Assembly: GCA_963734895.1 (NCBI GenBank)
Contig: CAVTIN010000004.1
Span: 360,889-424,888, forward strand
From: an uncultured Chloroflexia bacterium
Lineage (GTDB): Bacteria; Chloroflexota; Limnocylindria; Limnocylindrales; CSP1-4
Direction: 5' to 3'
Length of the DNA: 64,000 nucleotides
The position numbers and the translations under genes are program-made. The notes below the pieces were generated by a model. The model was given only the letters and a program-made list of their open reading frames with translations, was not told the origin of the DNA and did no database searches. Below are positions 29,851-39,742 of the stretch, in pieces. Every line of letters starts with the position of its first letter. Positions within the stretch are counted from its first letter, which is position 1.

Positions 29851-31524
29851 TTGGAGGCGAACGTGGAGAACCCGGTCATCGTCGCGATCGACGACGATCC
29901 GCAGGTGCTGCGGGCGGTCGAGCGTGACCTGCGGGGCCGGTTCGGGTCGGCCTACCGGATCGTCGCCGCCGACAGCGGCGCGACCGCGCTGGACGTGGTG
30001 CGACGCCTGAAGCTGCGCAGCTCCTCCGTCGCGCTGTTTCTCGCGGACCAGCGGATGCCGGGAATGACCGGCGTCGAGTTCCTCACCGCGGCACGCGAGA
30101 TCTACCCGGATGCCAAGCGGGTGCTGCTCACCGCGTACGCCGACACCGAGGTCGCGATCACCGCGATCAACACGATCCAGCTCGATCACTACCTGCTCAA
30201 GCCGTGGGATCCGCCGGAGGACAAGCTGTTCCCGGTCCTCGAGGACGTGCTCGGCGACTGGCAGGCCGGGTTCCGGCCCCCGTTCGAGGGCGTGCGCGTG
30301 ATCAGTCATCGATGGTCTGCCCGGGCGCACGAGATCAAGGACTACCTCGCACGCAACCAGATCCCGTACCGCTGGCTCGACGTCGAGACCGAGACCGAGG
30401 CATCCGAGCTCGCCGCCAGCGCCGAGGTCGATGCGACCCTCCAGCCGATGGTCGTGTTCGGCGACGGAACGCACCTCGTCGCGCCGACCAACGCGGAGAT
30501 TGCCGCCCGCGTCGGCCTGCGGACCCATGCCGCCCTGCCGTACTACGACCTGGTCATCGTCGGCGGCGGACCGTCCGGTCTTGCTGCGGCGGTCTACGGT
30601 GCCTCCGAGGGGCTCAAGACGCTGATGGTGGAGCGGGAGGCCCCGGGTGGCCAGGCCGGAACCACGTCGCGGATCGACAACTATCTCGGCTTCCCGGTCG
30701 GCCTTTCCGGCGCCGACCTGGCGCGCCGGGCCGTGGCTCAGGCCACCCGCCTCGGGGCCGAGATCCTGACCCCGCAGGAGGTCGTCGGGGTGACCGTCGA
30801 GGACCCATACAAGGTCGTGAAGCTGGCCGATGGGTCCCAGCTGAGCTGCCAGGCGCTGGTCGTTGCGTCGGGTGTCGAGTACCGGAAGCTGAACCTTCCC
30901 GAGGCCGATCGGCTGGCGGGATCCGGCATCTACTACGGCGCCGCGACCACGGAGGCGTCGTTCTACCGCGGCGAGCGCGTCGCGGTCATGGGCGGCGGCA
31001 ATTCGGCCGGCCAGGCAGCCGTATGGCTTGCCCGTTTCGCCGAGCACGTCACGGTCCTGATCCGTGGCGACTCGTTGGCCGCGGGGATGTCCGCCTACCT
31101 GGTCGACCAGATCGCGGTCACGCCGAACATCACGGTCCGCACCGGCGTCAACGTGGCGGCCATCCACGGCGGCGAGACGCTCGAGGCGATCGACATCGTG
31201 GCCAAGGCCGACGGAGCGCAGGAGCGGCTCGACCTTGCTGCGATGTTCGTGTTCATCGGGCAGGCGCCCCGCACGGACTGGCTGGGTGACCTGGTCGAGC
31301 GTGACAAGGGCGGCTTCGTGCTCACGGGTGTCGATCTCAAGCGTGTCGGTGATCACCCCGAGGGCTGGCCGCTTGCCCGCCAGCCGTACATGCTCGAGAC
31401 CAATGTCCCGGGGATCTTCTGCGCGGGCGATGTTCGCTCGGCCTCCATCAAGCGGATCGCCTCGTCCGTCGGCGAGGGGGCCATGGCGGTGCGGTTCGTC
31501 CACCAGCACCTCGCCGACCAGTGA
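29851..31524 (+). CDS. fused response-regulator receiver / thioredoxin-reductase-like flavoprotein
   Basis: The N-terminal REC domain has VAIDDD and LFLADQRMPGMTG. The C-terminal domain has DLVIVGGGPSGLAAAVYGASEG, VMGGGNSAGQAA and GIFCAGDVR, the two dinucleotide-binding motifs of the TrxR fold. The TrxR CATC position reads AATTEA. Confidence 0.8.
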   Translation: MEANVENPVIVAIDDDPQVLRAVERDLRGRFGSAYRIVAADSGATALDVVRRLKLRSSSVALFLADQRMPGMTGVEFLTAAREIYPDAKRVLLTAYADTEVAITAINTIQLDHYLLKPWDPPEDKLFPVLEDVLGDWQAGFRPPFEGVRVISHRWSARAHEIKDYLARNQIPYRWLDVETETEASELAASAEVDATLQPMVVFGDGTHLVAPTNAEIAARVGLRTHAALPYYDLVIVGGGPSGLAAAVYGASEGLKTLMVEREAPGGQAGTTSRIDNYLGFPVGLSGADLARRAVAQATRLGAEILTPQEVVGVTVEDPYKVVKLADGSQLSCQALVVASGVEYRKLNLPEADRLAGSGIYYGAATTEASFYRGERVAVMGGGNSAGQAAVWLARFAEHVTVLIRGDSLAAGMSAYLVDQIAVTPNITVRTGVNVAAIHGGETLEAIDIVAKADGAQERLDLAAMFVFIGQAPRTDWLGDLVERDKGGFVLTGVDLKRVGDHPEGWPLARQPYMLETNVPGIFCAGDVRSASIKRIASSVGEGAMAVRFVHQHLADQ

Positions 31525-31534
31525 CCCGGCGCCG

Positions 31535-32941
31535 ATGACGCTCGACGATTCGGACCGCGCCCTGCTGCGCCGGGCACCCCTGTTCGCGGAGCTGTCGGAG
31601 GAGGACCTCACCGGGGTTGCCGACACCGGGGAGCCCGTGGAGCTGGCCGCGGGCGAGCAGCTGGCCGGCGAGGGTGAGCCGGGCGACGCGATGTTCGTGA
31701 TCGTGTCGGGCGAGCTTCAGGTCGTGAAGCGGTCGCGAACGTCCGAGGTGCCGATCGCGGCCCTGGGGCCCGGCGAGATCGTGGGCGAGATGGCGATCTT
31801 CGAGGCGCAGCCGCGAAACGCCACGGTGCGGGCCGTAACCGAGACCAGGGTCATCCGGATCGCACGTGAGGAGATCCTCGCGATCCTCCAGACACGGCCG
31901 TCCGTCACCCTGTCGATGCTGCGCACGATGATGGGCCGGCTGCGCAACACGGAGTCGATGCTCAGGGAGCAGGAGAAGCTGGCCGCCCTCGGGACCCTGT
32001 CGGCGGGCCTCGCCCACGAGCTGAACAATCCCGCGGCCGCCGTCCAACGGAGCGCTGCGCTGCTGGAGGACGGCCTCGACCGTTGGGCGACGGCCACCAG
32101 CGCGCTGGGAACGGTGGTCGACAACCAGGACGATGCGGCCCACCTGGCCGAGCTCGGCGCCCAGGTGGCCCGGCACGCCGGGACGGAGGGGGCGCTCGAT
32201 CCACTCGACGCCAGCGACCGCGCGTGGGAGCTGGAGACGTTCCTCGCCGAGCGCGGCGTAGCAGACGCGGGCGAGCTCGCCCCGGCACTCGTCACGGGTG
32301 GCTGGGAGCGTGCGCACCTCGAGCAGATCGAGGCGGAGTTCCCGGGCGAGGCGCTCGAACCGATCCTGTCCTGGGTCGCTGCCGGCAGCGCGGTCCACGC
32401 GCTCGTGGACGAGGTCGCGACCGGTGCCCGGCGCATCTCCGAGATCGTCAGGGCGGTCAAGGAGTACTCGTTCATGGACCAGGCCCCGGTCCAGCAGGTG
32501 GACGTCCGGTCCGGTATCGACAACACGCTCGTCATCCTGCGTGCCAAGCTCAAGGCCGGGGTCACCGTCGTGCGCGACTACCAGCCCGACCTGCCGGAGA
32601 TCGAGGCGCTCGGCAGCGAGCTCAACCAGGTCTGGACGAACATCCTGGACAACGCGATCGGCGCCATGGATGGACATGGCGAGATCCGGATCCGGGCGTT
32701 CGTGCGCGACACCGACCTGGTCGTGGAGATCTGCGACAACGGGCCCGGCATGCCGCCAGAGGTGCGGGACCGGATCTTCGAGCCGTTCTACACGACCAAG
32801 CCACCCGGCAGCGGGACCGGGCTCGGCCTGCACATCTCACACAACGTCGTCGGACGTCACGGCGGTCGGATCAATGTCCGGTCCAGGCCCGGGGAGACGT
32901 GCTTCGAGGTGTGCCTGCCGCTGGAGCGTCGCAAGGCCTGA
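31535..32941 (+). CDS. cyclic-nucleotide-binding-domain sensor histidine kinase
   Basis: The ATG at 31535 starts a cNMP-binding-like N-terminus (LFAELSEEDL..GEGEPGDAMFVIVSGEL..GEIVGEMAIF..RNATVRA). This is followed by the H-box LSAGLAHELNNP and an HATPase_c domain (NAIGAM, DNGPGMP, GTGLGL). Confidence 0.8.
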   Translation: MTLDDSDRALLRRAPLFAELSEEDLTGVADTGEPVELAAGEQLAGEGEPGDAMFVIVSGELQVVKRSRTSEVPIAALGPGEIVGEMAIFEAQPRNATVRAVTETRVIRIAREEILAILQTRPSVTLSMLRTMMGRLRNTESMLREQEKLAALGTLSAGLAHELNNPAAAVQRSAALLEDGLDRWATATSALGTVVDNQDDAAHLAELGAQVARHAGTEGALDPLDASDRAWELETFLAERGVADAGELAPALVTGGWERAHLEQIEAEFPGEALEPILSWVAAGSAVHALVDEVATGARRISEIVRAVKEYSFMDQAPVQQVDVRSGIDNTLVILRAKLKAGVTVVRDYQPDLPEIEALGSELNQVWTNILDNAIGAMDGHGEIRIRAFVRDTDLVVEICDNGPGMPPEVRDRIFEPFYTTKPPGSGTGLGLHISHNVVGRHGGRINVRSRPGETCFEVCLPLERRKA

Positions 32942-33002
32942 GCGTCGCGCCGGATCGGCCGGCGCGCGTGCCACGTCGGGCCGGGCCCGGCATTCCGGGC
33001 CG

Positions 33003-34166
33003 CTATGCGTCCGGCTGGCCGCGTACCCGCCGGCTGACCTGTTGGACGGCGAGGTATCGATCGCGGTCGATTGCCTCGGGGATCCCGCCGCCGTCCATGA
33101 ACACGAAGCGACCGCGGCGCGCGGCGATCTCGACTGACTCGCGCAGCCCGGCCTCGATCTCGTCGAGCGGCCGCTCATAGAGGAACTTGTCGATCCCGCC
33201 TCCCACGAGCGTCAGCCGGGGATGCCGCTCCCGGATCGTGCCGAGGTCCATCCCGTCGGTGCGATCGACGGGGTTGAGCATGTCCACCCCGGTCCCGACG
33301 ATATCGTCGAGGATCGCGTTGATGTTGCCGTGGCAGTGCATGTGGAGCACCCCGCCACCGGCGTGGACCTCCTCGGCAAGGGCCGTGTGCCAGGGCAGGA
33401 AGTACCGCCGATAGACCGCCGGGCTGATGAGCAGGTTCGCGGTCGCGCCGAGGTCGTCGCAGAACCCGATGCAGTCGACGCCGGCGGCCAGCATGTTGCG
33501 AGCCGCCCGAAGGTTCCAGTCGCCGAGGCGCGCCAGCAGGCGCTCCACGAGCTCGGGTTCGAGGAGCAGGTTCGCCAGCCAGTCCTGGTAGTCACTGAAG
33601 AAGTAGTGGACCCCGGAGAAGAACCCATTGACCCAGCCGACGGTGTATTCGCCGGCGGACTTCAGGTACGCGACGTCTTCGGCGAAGCCTTTCCACCGGG
33701 CCGGATCGTCGGGATCTGGCAGCTCGAGCCGGTCCAGGTCGTCGAGCGCCTGCACCGGACGAGCGAGCTGGTGCTTGTACTGGGGAGTGACGTTGTGGTG
33801 GTCCCTGGCACCCGTCTCGTACTCGACCACGAACGATCCTGGAGAACGCTCCACGACGCGGCTGTTGAACTCGCCCGGCCCCGCGTGACCGAAGCAGAAG
33901 TTCGCGCCCCGGCCGACCCCGGTGGCGACCTGGTCGGTGAACCGGTTGTAGCGGATGACGGTGTCCAGCTCGGCGGGCTCGTGAGCGCCAAAGCCGTACA
34001 CGCCGTCCGGGGGGATGTAGTAGAGGTCCTCGGGCACGAGCTCCGGAGGGACCAGCCGGCGGGCATCCGCCTCGGTGTTGAAGCCGATGTTCCAGAACGG
34101 GATGTAGTCGGGGACCTCCCCCGCGAGGGTCGCCGCCATCCGCTCGCGATTGCTCGTCGTTGCCAT
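33003..34166 (-). CDS. uroporphyrinogen decarboxylase (URO-D)-family protein
   Basis: 387 aa. The overall pattern (..IGFCDDLG...LLISP..YR.F..P....L......GG..HMHCHGN...ILDD....G.D.LNPV) resembles URO-D/MtaA-like TIM-barrel proteins. Confidence 0.55.
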   Translation of the reverse strand: MATTSNRERMAATLAGEVPDYIPFWNIGFNTEADARRLVPPELVPEDLYYIPPDGVYGFGAHEPAELDTVIRYNRFTDQVATGVGRGANFCFGHAGPGEFNSRVVERSPGSFVVEYETGARDHHNVTPQYKHQLARPVQALDDLDRLELPDPDDPARWKGFAEDVAYLKSAGEYTVGWVNGFFSGVHYFFSDYQDWLANLLLEPELVERLLARLGDWNLRAARNMLAAGVDCIGFCDDLGATANLLISPAVYRRYFLPWHTALAEEVHAGGGVLHMHCHGNINAILDDIVGTGVDMLNPVDRTDGMDLGTIRERHPRLTLVGGGIDKFLYERPLDEIEAGLRESVEIAARRGRFVFMDGGGIPEAIDRDRYLAVQQVSRRVRGQPDA

Positions 34167-34274
34167 GTGTGCCCTCGAGCTTTGCGAACGACCCGCATTG
34201 CCAGCGGGGTGTACCGACGAGTCTACGCTGATGGTCGGCCTCGCCGGCCCTCGCCGGCCGCTGCCTGCCCTCCG

Positions 34275-35204
34275 CTACGACCGTGCCCGGATCCAGGAAG
34301 CGATGTCGTCGATGACCTCGTGGGCTACGTGGCCCGGCCGCAGGTAGTCCTGGGGCGTTCCCGGGCCGTCCCCAACCACGAAGGCGTGGCTCAGGCCCGG
34401 GTAGGTCCGGAACGTCACGTCCGGCGCCGCAACGAGGCCTGCCCGCCAGCCGTCCATGTCGGTCTCGGTGACCTGGTAGTCCCGGTCGCCCCTGAGAACG
34501 AGCAACGGCCGCCGCAGGGAGGCCGCGAGCGCAGACGGGTCGTAGTCCCGGAGGTCGAGCCAGTAGCTCGCCGGGACGCCGAAGGGGAGCTCGGCTGCGG
34601 GCGTCGACGGCGAGAGCTCCGACGAGGCTGCGACTTCGGCGCTGCGACGGAGCGCCGCGAGTGCCTGCTCCACCTCGGGCGTCGGGTCACCCGCAAGGGA
34701 GGCGAGGTAGGTCGTCTGGTCGAGAATGACATCCGGCAGCGGACGGGTGTTTCCGGCAAGGACGACGAGCCCGCGCGCGGTCGCGCTGCGCTCGAGGATG
34801 CGGGGCCCGAGATAGCCACCGAGGCTGTGGCCGAGCACGAACACGGCCTCCGGGTCGATCCCGTCGGTCTGCCCGAGCAGGTCGATGGCCGCGACGGCAT
34901 CGTCGATGGTCTCGTCGGCGACCGTGACGTCCGGTCCGATCGCTGCCAGCTCGGCGCGGCGGACGAGCGTGCGCTTGTCATAGCGCAGCACGGCGATGCC
35001 CTGTCCGGCCAGTCCCGACGCGAGGTCGGCATAGGGTGTCAGGACGCCAACGGTCCCGTTCCGGTCCACGGGTCCCGAGCCGTGGACGATGACCACGGCG
35101 GGCACCGGCCCCGGCGCCCCGGTCGGGAACGTCAGCGTGCCGGGGAGCGCCCAGGGGGCGGGGCCGACCGTGACGTCGGTCTCGATGAACTGCACCCGGT
35201 TCAT
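34275..35204 (-). CDS. alpha/beta hydrolase
   Basis: The internal ATG at 35204 gives MNRVQFIE... Contains VIVHGSGP, the nucleophile elbow GHSLGG, and C-terminal LSHAF. Confidence 0.75.
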   Translation of the reverse strand: MNRVQFIETDVTVGPAPWALPGTLTFPTGAPGPVPAVVIVHGSGPVDRNGTVGVLTPYADLASGLAGQGIAVLRYDKRTLVRRAELAAIGPDVTVADETIDDAVAAIDLLGQTDGIDPEAVFVLGHSLGGYLGPRILERSATARGLVVLAGNTRPLPDVILDQTTYLASLAGDPTPEVEQALAALRRSAEVAASSELSPSTPAAELPFGVPASYWLDLRDYDPSALAASLRRPLLVLRGDRDYQVTETDMDGWRAGLVAAPDVTFRTYPGLSHAFVVGDGPGTPQDYLRPGHVAHEVIDDIASWIRARS

Positions 35205-35206
35205 GG

Positions 35207-35968
35207 TCAAAGCTCCTGTCGGCGGAAGGCGAGCCAGGCGACGACCAGCGCGCCGGCGATGATTGCGAGGCTGCCGGCGACCGGCTGGGCGAGGTTGCCC
35301 ACGCTCGTCCCGACGGCGAGCGAGCGAGCCGGCCCGAGCAGCGAGGTCGGGAACCAGGACCCGAGCCCGGGGATCGCTCCCAGGATCCCGCCGACGATGA
35401 GCCACGCGAAGCCGACGCCCGCGGCGACCACCGCGGATGGGGCGACGGTGCTGGCGAGGAACGTCACCGCGGCGTAGGTCATCAGCAGGAGCCAGAGCAG
35501 CCCGCAGGCGGCCGCGAACCCGGCCGGGGCAAGGGGCTCGAACAGGATGGCCGTGTATACCCACGCGCCGGTCCCGGCGATCGCCACGCCGAACGCGAGG
35601 AGCAGCCCGATGGCGATGAGCTTGGAGGCGAGATAGGTGCCCCGGCCGGCCGGCCGTGACAGGACGAAGGCGGCGGTGCCGCGCTCCTTCTCGAGGGCCA
35701 CGGCGCCCATCGCGACGACGATCGCAATGACCGCACCGAGCTGGCCGACGTTCTTGGCGAGCTGGTCGAGGGCATCGGCGACCGTGGGGTTGGGCATGGC
35801 CGACGCAAGCCCGCCGCCCGCAGCCGCCCGGACGATGTCCCGCGTGTAGCGCGCGAGGAGGGGGGACGAGATGCCGACGACGGCGAACACGCCCCCGACG
35901 ACGAGCAGGCGCATCGTGCGCCACTGCTCACGGGCCTCCTTCCCGACGAGGATCGCGAGGGTGGACAT
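35207..35968 (-). CDS. ABC-2 type transporter permease
   Basis: 253 aa with six hydrophobic segments. Overlaps the stop of the upstream ATPase gene by 1 nt. Confidence 0.75.
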   Translation of the reverse strand: MSTLAILVGKEAREQWRTMRLLVVGGVFAVVGISSPLLARYTRDIVRAAAGGGLASAMPNPTVADALDQLAKNVGQLGAVIAIVVAMGAVALEKERGTAAFVLSRPAGRGTYLASKLIAIGLLLAFGVAIAGTGAWVYTAILFEPLAPAGFAAACGLLWLLLMTYAAVTFLASTVAPSAVVAAGVGFAWLIVGGILGAIPGLGSWFPTSLLGPARSLAVGTSVGNLAQPVAGSLAIIAGALVVAWLAFRRQEL

Positions 35969-36945
35969 CAGGCTGCCTCCTGGGCGGTTGGTTCGGCGTC
36001 GCGACTGACGAGCGAGAGGAAGACGTCCTCGAGGGTGGGCCGTGCGCGCTCGAAGCGGGCGAGCTCCAGGCCGGAGCGAGCGACCAGCGGAAGGATCGCC
36101 GCGGCCGCCGCGACCTCATCACGGACATGGATCCGGATCGTGCCGTCGACATCCTCGGCACGGTCGGCCCAGCCGGCAGCCATCGTGGCTGCCAGGAACC
36201 GCTCGGCCGCCGTTGCCTGGCCGAGTTCCGGTTCGAGGAGGTAGAGGGGTCGCGCGTGCGCCTCGAGGAGCGTCTCGATCGGCGACGCGGCGACGAGCCG
36301 GCCGTGGTCGAGGATGGCGACCCGGTCGCAGATCCGTTCAACATCGCCGAGGATGTGGGTGGACATGACGATCGTGGCGTTGTCGCGGAGGCCCGCGATG
36401 ATCTCGAGGACGTCGCGACGCCCTTCGGGATCGAGCGCGCTGACCGGCTCGTCGAGGAACAGGACGGCCGGCCGGTGGAGGATCGCCGCGCCGATGCCGA
36501 GGCGCTGGCGCATCCCGCCCGAGTAGCCGCCGACGCGGCGTTGCGCCGCCGCCGTGAGACCGATGTGCTCGAGGACCTCATCGACGCGGGTCCGGAGCTC
36601 CCGGCCCTTGAGACCCTGGAGCCGGCCACTGAACTCGAGCAGCTCGCGGCCGCGCATCCAGCCGAACAGGCGGGGGTTCTGGTCGAGGACGCCGATCCGT
36701 CGCGCAAGCGCCCCCGGATCGGCCCCGACCTCGATCCCCGCCACCAGAGCCGAGCCGGCGGTGGCGTGGCCAAGACCGGTCAGGAGCCGGAGTGCCGTCG
36801 TCTTTCCCGCGCCGTTGGGGCCGAGGAGGCCAAAGACGCTCCCGACGGGGATATCGAGATCGAGGTCATCGAGCGCGACGAGGTCACCATAGCGCTTGGT
36901 CAGGCCGCGAGAGACGATCGCGGTCCCTTGAGTGGCGGCGGCCAT
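35968..36945 (-). CDS. ABC transporter ATP-binding protein
   Basis: The internal ATG at 36945 starts the protein. Walker [10 protein letters not shown], signature YSGGMRQRL and Walker B LFLDEP are present. Confidence 0.9.
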   Translation of the reverse strand: MAAATQGTAIVSRGLTKRYGDLVALDDLDLDIPVGSVFGLLGPNGAGKTTALRLLTGLGHATAGSALVAGIEVGADPGALARRIGVLDQNPRLFGWMRGRELLEFSGRLQGLKGRELRTRVDEVLEHIGLTAAAQRRVGGYSGGMRQRLGIGAAILHRPAVLFLDEPVSALDPEGRRDVLEIIAGLRDNATIVMSTHILGDVERICDRVAILDHGRLVAASPIETLLEAHARPLYLLEPELGQATAAERFLAATMAAGWADRAEDVDGTIRIHVRDEVAAAAAILPLVARSGLELARFERARPTLEDVFLSLVSRDAEPTAQEAA

Positions 36946-36947
36946 CG

Positions 36948-37148
36948 TTACGCGTCCTGCCGGCCGATCGCGAAGTAGGCCAGGGGGCCGAACAGCTCGC
37001 CAAGGACGATGATTGCCGCCCAGATCGCCTTGTTGCCCCACCGGACGGTCCGGTCGGGGTCGAGCAGGTCCCTGAGGGCGAATGCGATCAGGCCCAGCTG
37101 GACGATGATCAGCGGCGTGACGAGGATGAGCAGCTGCGTGGTGCTCAC
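36948..37148 (-). CDS. PLD-nuclease-N-terminal-domain (PLDc_N) small membrane protein
   Basis: 66 aa with two TM helices and W..AIIVLGELFGPLAYFAIGR, typical of this family. ATGA overlap with the ArsR gene stop. Confidence 0.7.
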   Translation of the reverse strand: MSTTQLLILVTPLIIVQLGLIAFALRDLLDPDRTVRWGNKAIWAAIIVLGELFGPLAYFAIGRQDA

Positions 37149-37756
37149 GATTGAACTCCTTTCGAAGTGCCTGAGGGGGTGTTGCGCGCGGCCGGATGAC
37201 CGCTGTTGTCACCGGTCGGGGTAGGGGGCTCGCCGGGAATGCCGATGACCGCGAGACTGCGGGCGCGACGCCCGTCTGACGCGGGCGTGTCGATCCGGGC
37301 CACGATCGCGCCCCAGATCTCCTTGAGCAGCTCGAGGTACTCGGCATCGGAGAGGTAGAGGGACGCCTCGCGGTAGCTGACGCCGTCCGCGCCGAGGTCG
37401 ATCTCGTCGCGCCGGAGATAGCGGGCGTACTCGTCGATCAGCGTGGCCGTGAACGATGCGAAGTAGCGGAGGTGATCCTCGCGGCTCGCCGTCGCCAGGT
37501 CGTCCGGGCCGAGGTTCGCGTTGTGATGCTCCAGCGCGTACGTGCGCTCCACCGCGCCGCGCACGCGGTGCTCGTCGACCACCATCAGGATCTGGCCGTC
37601 GACGAGGGTCGCGAGGTGTCGATAGAGCGTCGCTGCGGGGACGTCGGACAGCTGCGCCGACAGGTCGCTGGCGGTCAGCGCGACCCCGCGACCGAGGGCG
37701 AGGATGATCCGCATCCGGACCGGGTGAAGGATGAGATCGGCGGACGGGGTCGACAT
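37145..37756 (-). CDS. ArsR-type helix-turn-helix transcriptional regulator
   Basis: 203 aa with HPVRMRIILAL..LTASDLSAQLSDVPAATLYRHLATLVDGQIL. First gene of the regulator/PLDc_N/ABC ATPase/ABC-2 permease operon. Confidence 0.75.
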   Translation of the reverse strand: MSTPSADLILHPVRMRIILALGRGVALTASDLSAQLSDVPAATLYRHLATLVDGQILMVVDEHRVRGAVERTYALEHHNANLGPDDLATASREDHLRYFASFTATLIDEYARYLRRDEIDLGADGVSYREASLYLSDAEYLELLKEIWGAIVARIDTPASDGRRARSLAVIGIPGEPPTPTGDNSGHPAARNTPSGTSKGVQS

Positions 37757-37783
37757 GCGTCAGGACCGTTCCTATCTGTGCGA

Positions 37784-37811
37784 CTGATATCGATAGCGGG
37801 AATACTATCAG
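37784..37811. promoter_or_regulatory. AT-rich inverted repeat upstream of the ArsR-type operon
   Basis: CTGATA-N16-TATCAG, with internal GATATC/ATCGAT palindromes, lies 28-55 nt upstream of the start codon at 37756. Confidence 0.35.
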
Positions 37812-38042
37812 GAATGAGACCGGTGTCAAGAGCCCGGCGCTGCTGCGCTCCTGAAATTGACCGCTCTATACAGCCGTGCGCGCTCAGATTCGCCGTCCAC
37901 CCGGCGCTCGGCGACCGGGATATCATCGTGTCGGTGCAGCCGAAGGGCATGCTGGGCCGAGGTGCTGCCCAAGGGCATGCTGGACCGACCAGCGGCGGGA
38001 CGATCGCGGGCGCTCGCCGGGCCCAGCGGTCCCGGCCCAGGG

Positions 38043-38495
38043 TCAGGCGACCGAGCCCGGCATCCGGATCGCGCGCGGTCGGACGACGTGGATCACGAGC
38101 CCCGCGATCCCCAGGGACGCGCCGATGACGCCGCCGACGGGGAGCTCGGCGAGGACCGAGGCCTGCCCCAGCCCCGCGGAGATGGCACCCGCGTACGACC
38201 ACGCCATCATGATCCCGTGGGCCTCGCTGCGTCCCGGTCCCGATCGCCCGGTCACGATGGTCGCGTACGCCCCGATCAGGGTCGCGAGGCTCAGCAGCGT
38301 GAGGTAATGGAACGGGCCGATCGCCCCGCCGGTATCGACGGCCCATGCCGCCAGGTTGAGGTTCGTCATCGCCGCCAGGTACAGGTACCCGAGCCGTCGG
38401 TGGCGCCGCGTTCCCTTCCGGCTGGCGAACAGGAACGCGCCCGCGAGCAGTGCGACGGCCGCAGCCGCCACGTGCAGGACTCCCGGGGCGATCAT
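38043..38495 (-). CDS. integral membrane protein (DUF2306-like)
   Basis: 150 aa with four or five hydrophobic helices and an RRHRRLGY motif after TM1. The family call is tentative. Confidence 0.6.
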   Translation of the reverse strand: MIAPGVLHVAAAAVALLAGAFLFASRKGTRRHRRLGYLYLAAMTNLNLAAWAVDTGGAIGPFHYLTLLSLATLIGAYATIVTGRSGPGRSEAHGIMMAWSYAGAISAGLGQASVLAELPVGGVIGASLGIAGLVIHVVRPRAIRMPGSVA

Positions 38496-39391
38496 GCCGC
38501 GCGAACGGCGGTCGCCGCGCGGGCGTCATGCGCCCCGCGCCGATGCACGATGACTCCGGCGCCGACGCCGATCACGATCAGCGCGACCGTCGACGGCAGC
38601 TCCCAGTCGGTGCCGACCAGCGCCGGGAAGAAGGACTCGAACCCTTCCTCCCAGTTCTGGATGGCATGGAACAGCAGGCCGGGGATGAGCGACCCTCCGC
38701 TCCCGTTGAACATGAGCGTGAACAGACAGCTCAGCCCGACGGCGAGGATCAGGAACAGCACGATCGAGACCGGACCCCGGGAGAGGAGGACCGGCAGGTG
38801 CCACAGGCCCCACAGCACGCCGATGAGGAGGCTCGCCTGAAAGGGCGACATCCTGGCCTGGAGCTGCGGCAGTGCGAACCCACGAAGGCCCAGCTCCTCG
38901 CCCATCGCGCCGCGCAGCAGCAGCGAGACGAGGAGGCCCGCCTGCAGGCTGAACAGGGCGGTGCCGAGGGCCTCGGCCTGAAACGACGATGCCGCGCCGG
39001 CCAGGATCGTGGCGATGGCGAACAGGCCGGCGGGCAGCACGGCGAGCAGGTACCAGCGTGCGCCGAACCGCCAGCGGACCAGCCTCGCGCCAAGCTCGCG
39101 GAGGCCATCGCGGCCGAAGGTCGCGGCGATGATCAGGATCCCGGCGATGGAGAACGAGAAGTCGATGACTCGCGTCATCAGGTACAGCAGCCACCCGGGA
39201 AGCGCAGGGGACACGCCCTCGAACTGCTGCGCCTCCACCATCCGGATGAGGTCGTCGGTGCCGACGCCCGAGCCGCCGGCTGCAGCCGCAACGACGAGCC
39301 ACATGCCCCATGCGATCCCGTAGGCCAGCACGAAGAAGGCAGCCACCGGAGCGAGGCTCGCGCCGCGTGGTTCGGTCGTGGAGATCGGCAT
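38492..39391 (-). CDS. CPBP family intramembrane glutamic endopeptidase (CAAX protease-like)
   Basis: The internal ATG at 39391 starts the protein. Contains GAMGEELGLRGF and LWGLWH motifs and multiple TM helices. Confidence 0.8.
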   Translation of the reverse strand: MPISTTEPRGASLAPVAAFFVLAYGIAWGMWLVVAAAAGGSGVGTDDLIRMVEAQQFEGVSPALPGWLLYLMTRVIDFSFSIAGILIIAATFGRDGLRELGARLVRWRFGARWYLLAVLPAGLFAIATILAGAASSFQAEALGTALFSLQAGLLVSLLLRGAMGEELGLRGFALPQLQARMSPFQASLLIGVLWGLWHLPVLLSRGPVSIVLFLILAVGLSCLFTLMFNGSGGSLIPGLLFHAIQNWEEGFESFFPALVGTDWELPSTVALIVIGVGAGVIVHRRGAHDARAATAVRAA

Positions 39392-39742
39392 CGCGGGGTC
39401 CTCCCTCAGTGGACGCGGCAAGCTCGGAGGCGAGGAGCTCGCCCTGAGAAGACCGACCCGCGTGAAGCCTCGCCCGCGGTCGCGTGCGGCGTCCGGGGTG
39501 CTCCTGACTGCGGTCCAGCCTCCAGAATCGTTGGCGCAGTCTACCGAGGACGTGAGTGGCTGGCCACCCGCTGCCGCGTCCCGAGATCGGCCAAGATACT
39601 TGCCTGCGTCCGTCCAGTGAGAGCACGCTGGGCCGATGGCGATCAGACCCGTCGGCGGCAAGGACGATCCGAGGACCCGGCATGAGTTCCGCGCCAACTT
39701 CCGAGGTCATCTTGTGCCTGCTCGTCGGCACCCTGCGCAGCC

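Noticed and set aside
29659-31626. 655-aa ORF on the minus strand
   Set aside because: It lies antisense to the REC-TrxR-like gene, which has unambiguous motifs. It is a shadow ORF.
33222-35477. 751-aa ORF on the plus strand
   Set aside because: It lies antisense to the URO-D-like, hydrolase and ABC-2 genes, and no family motifs are present.
37940-37990. Direct repeat AAGGGCATGCTGG x2 as a regulatory element
   Set aside because: It lies between the stop of one gene and a distant promoter. It has only two short copies and no supporting context, so I noted it without annotating it.
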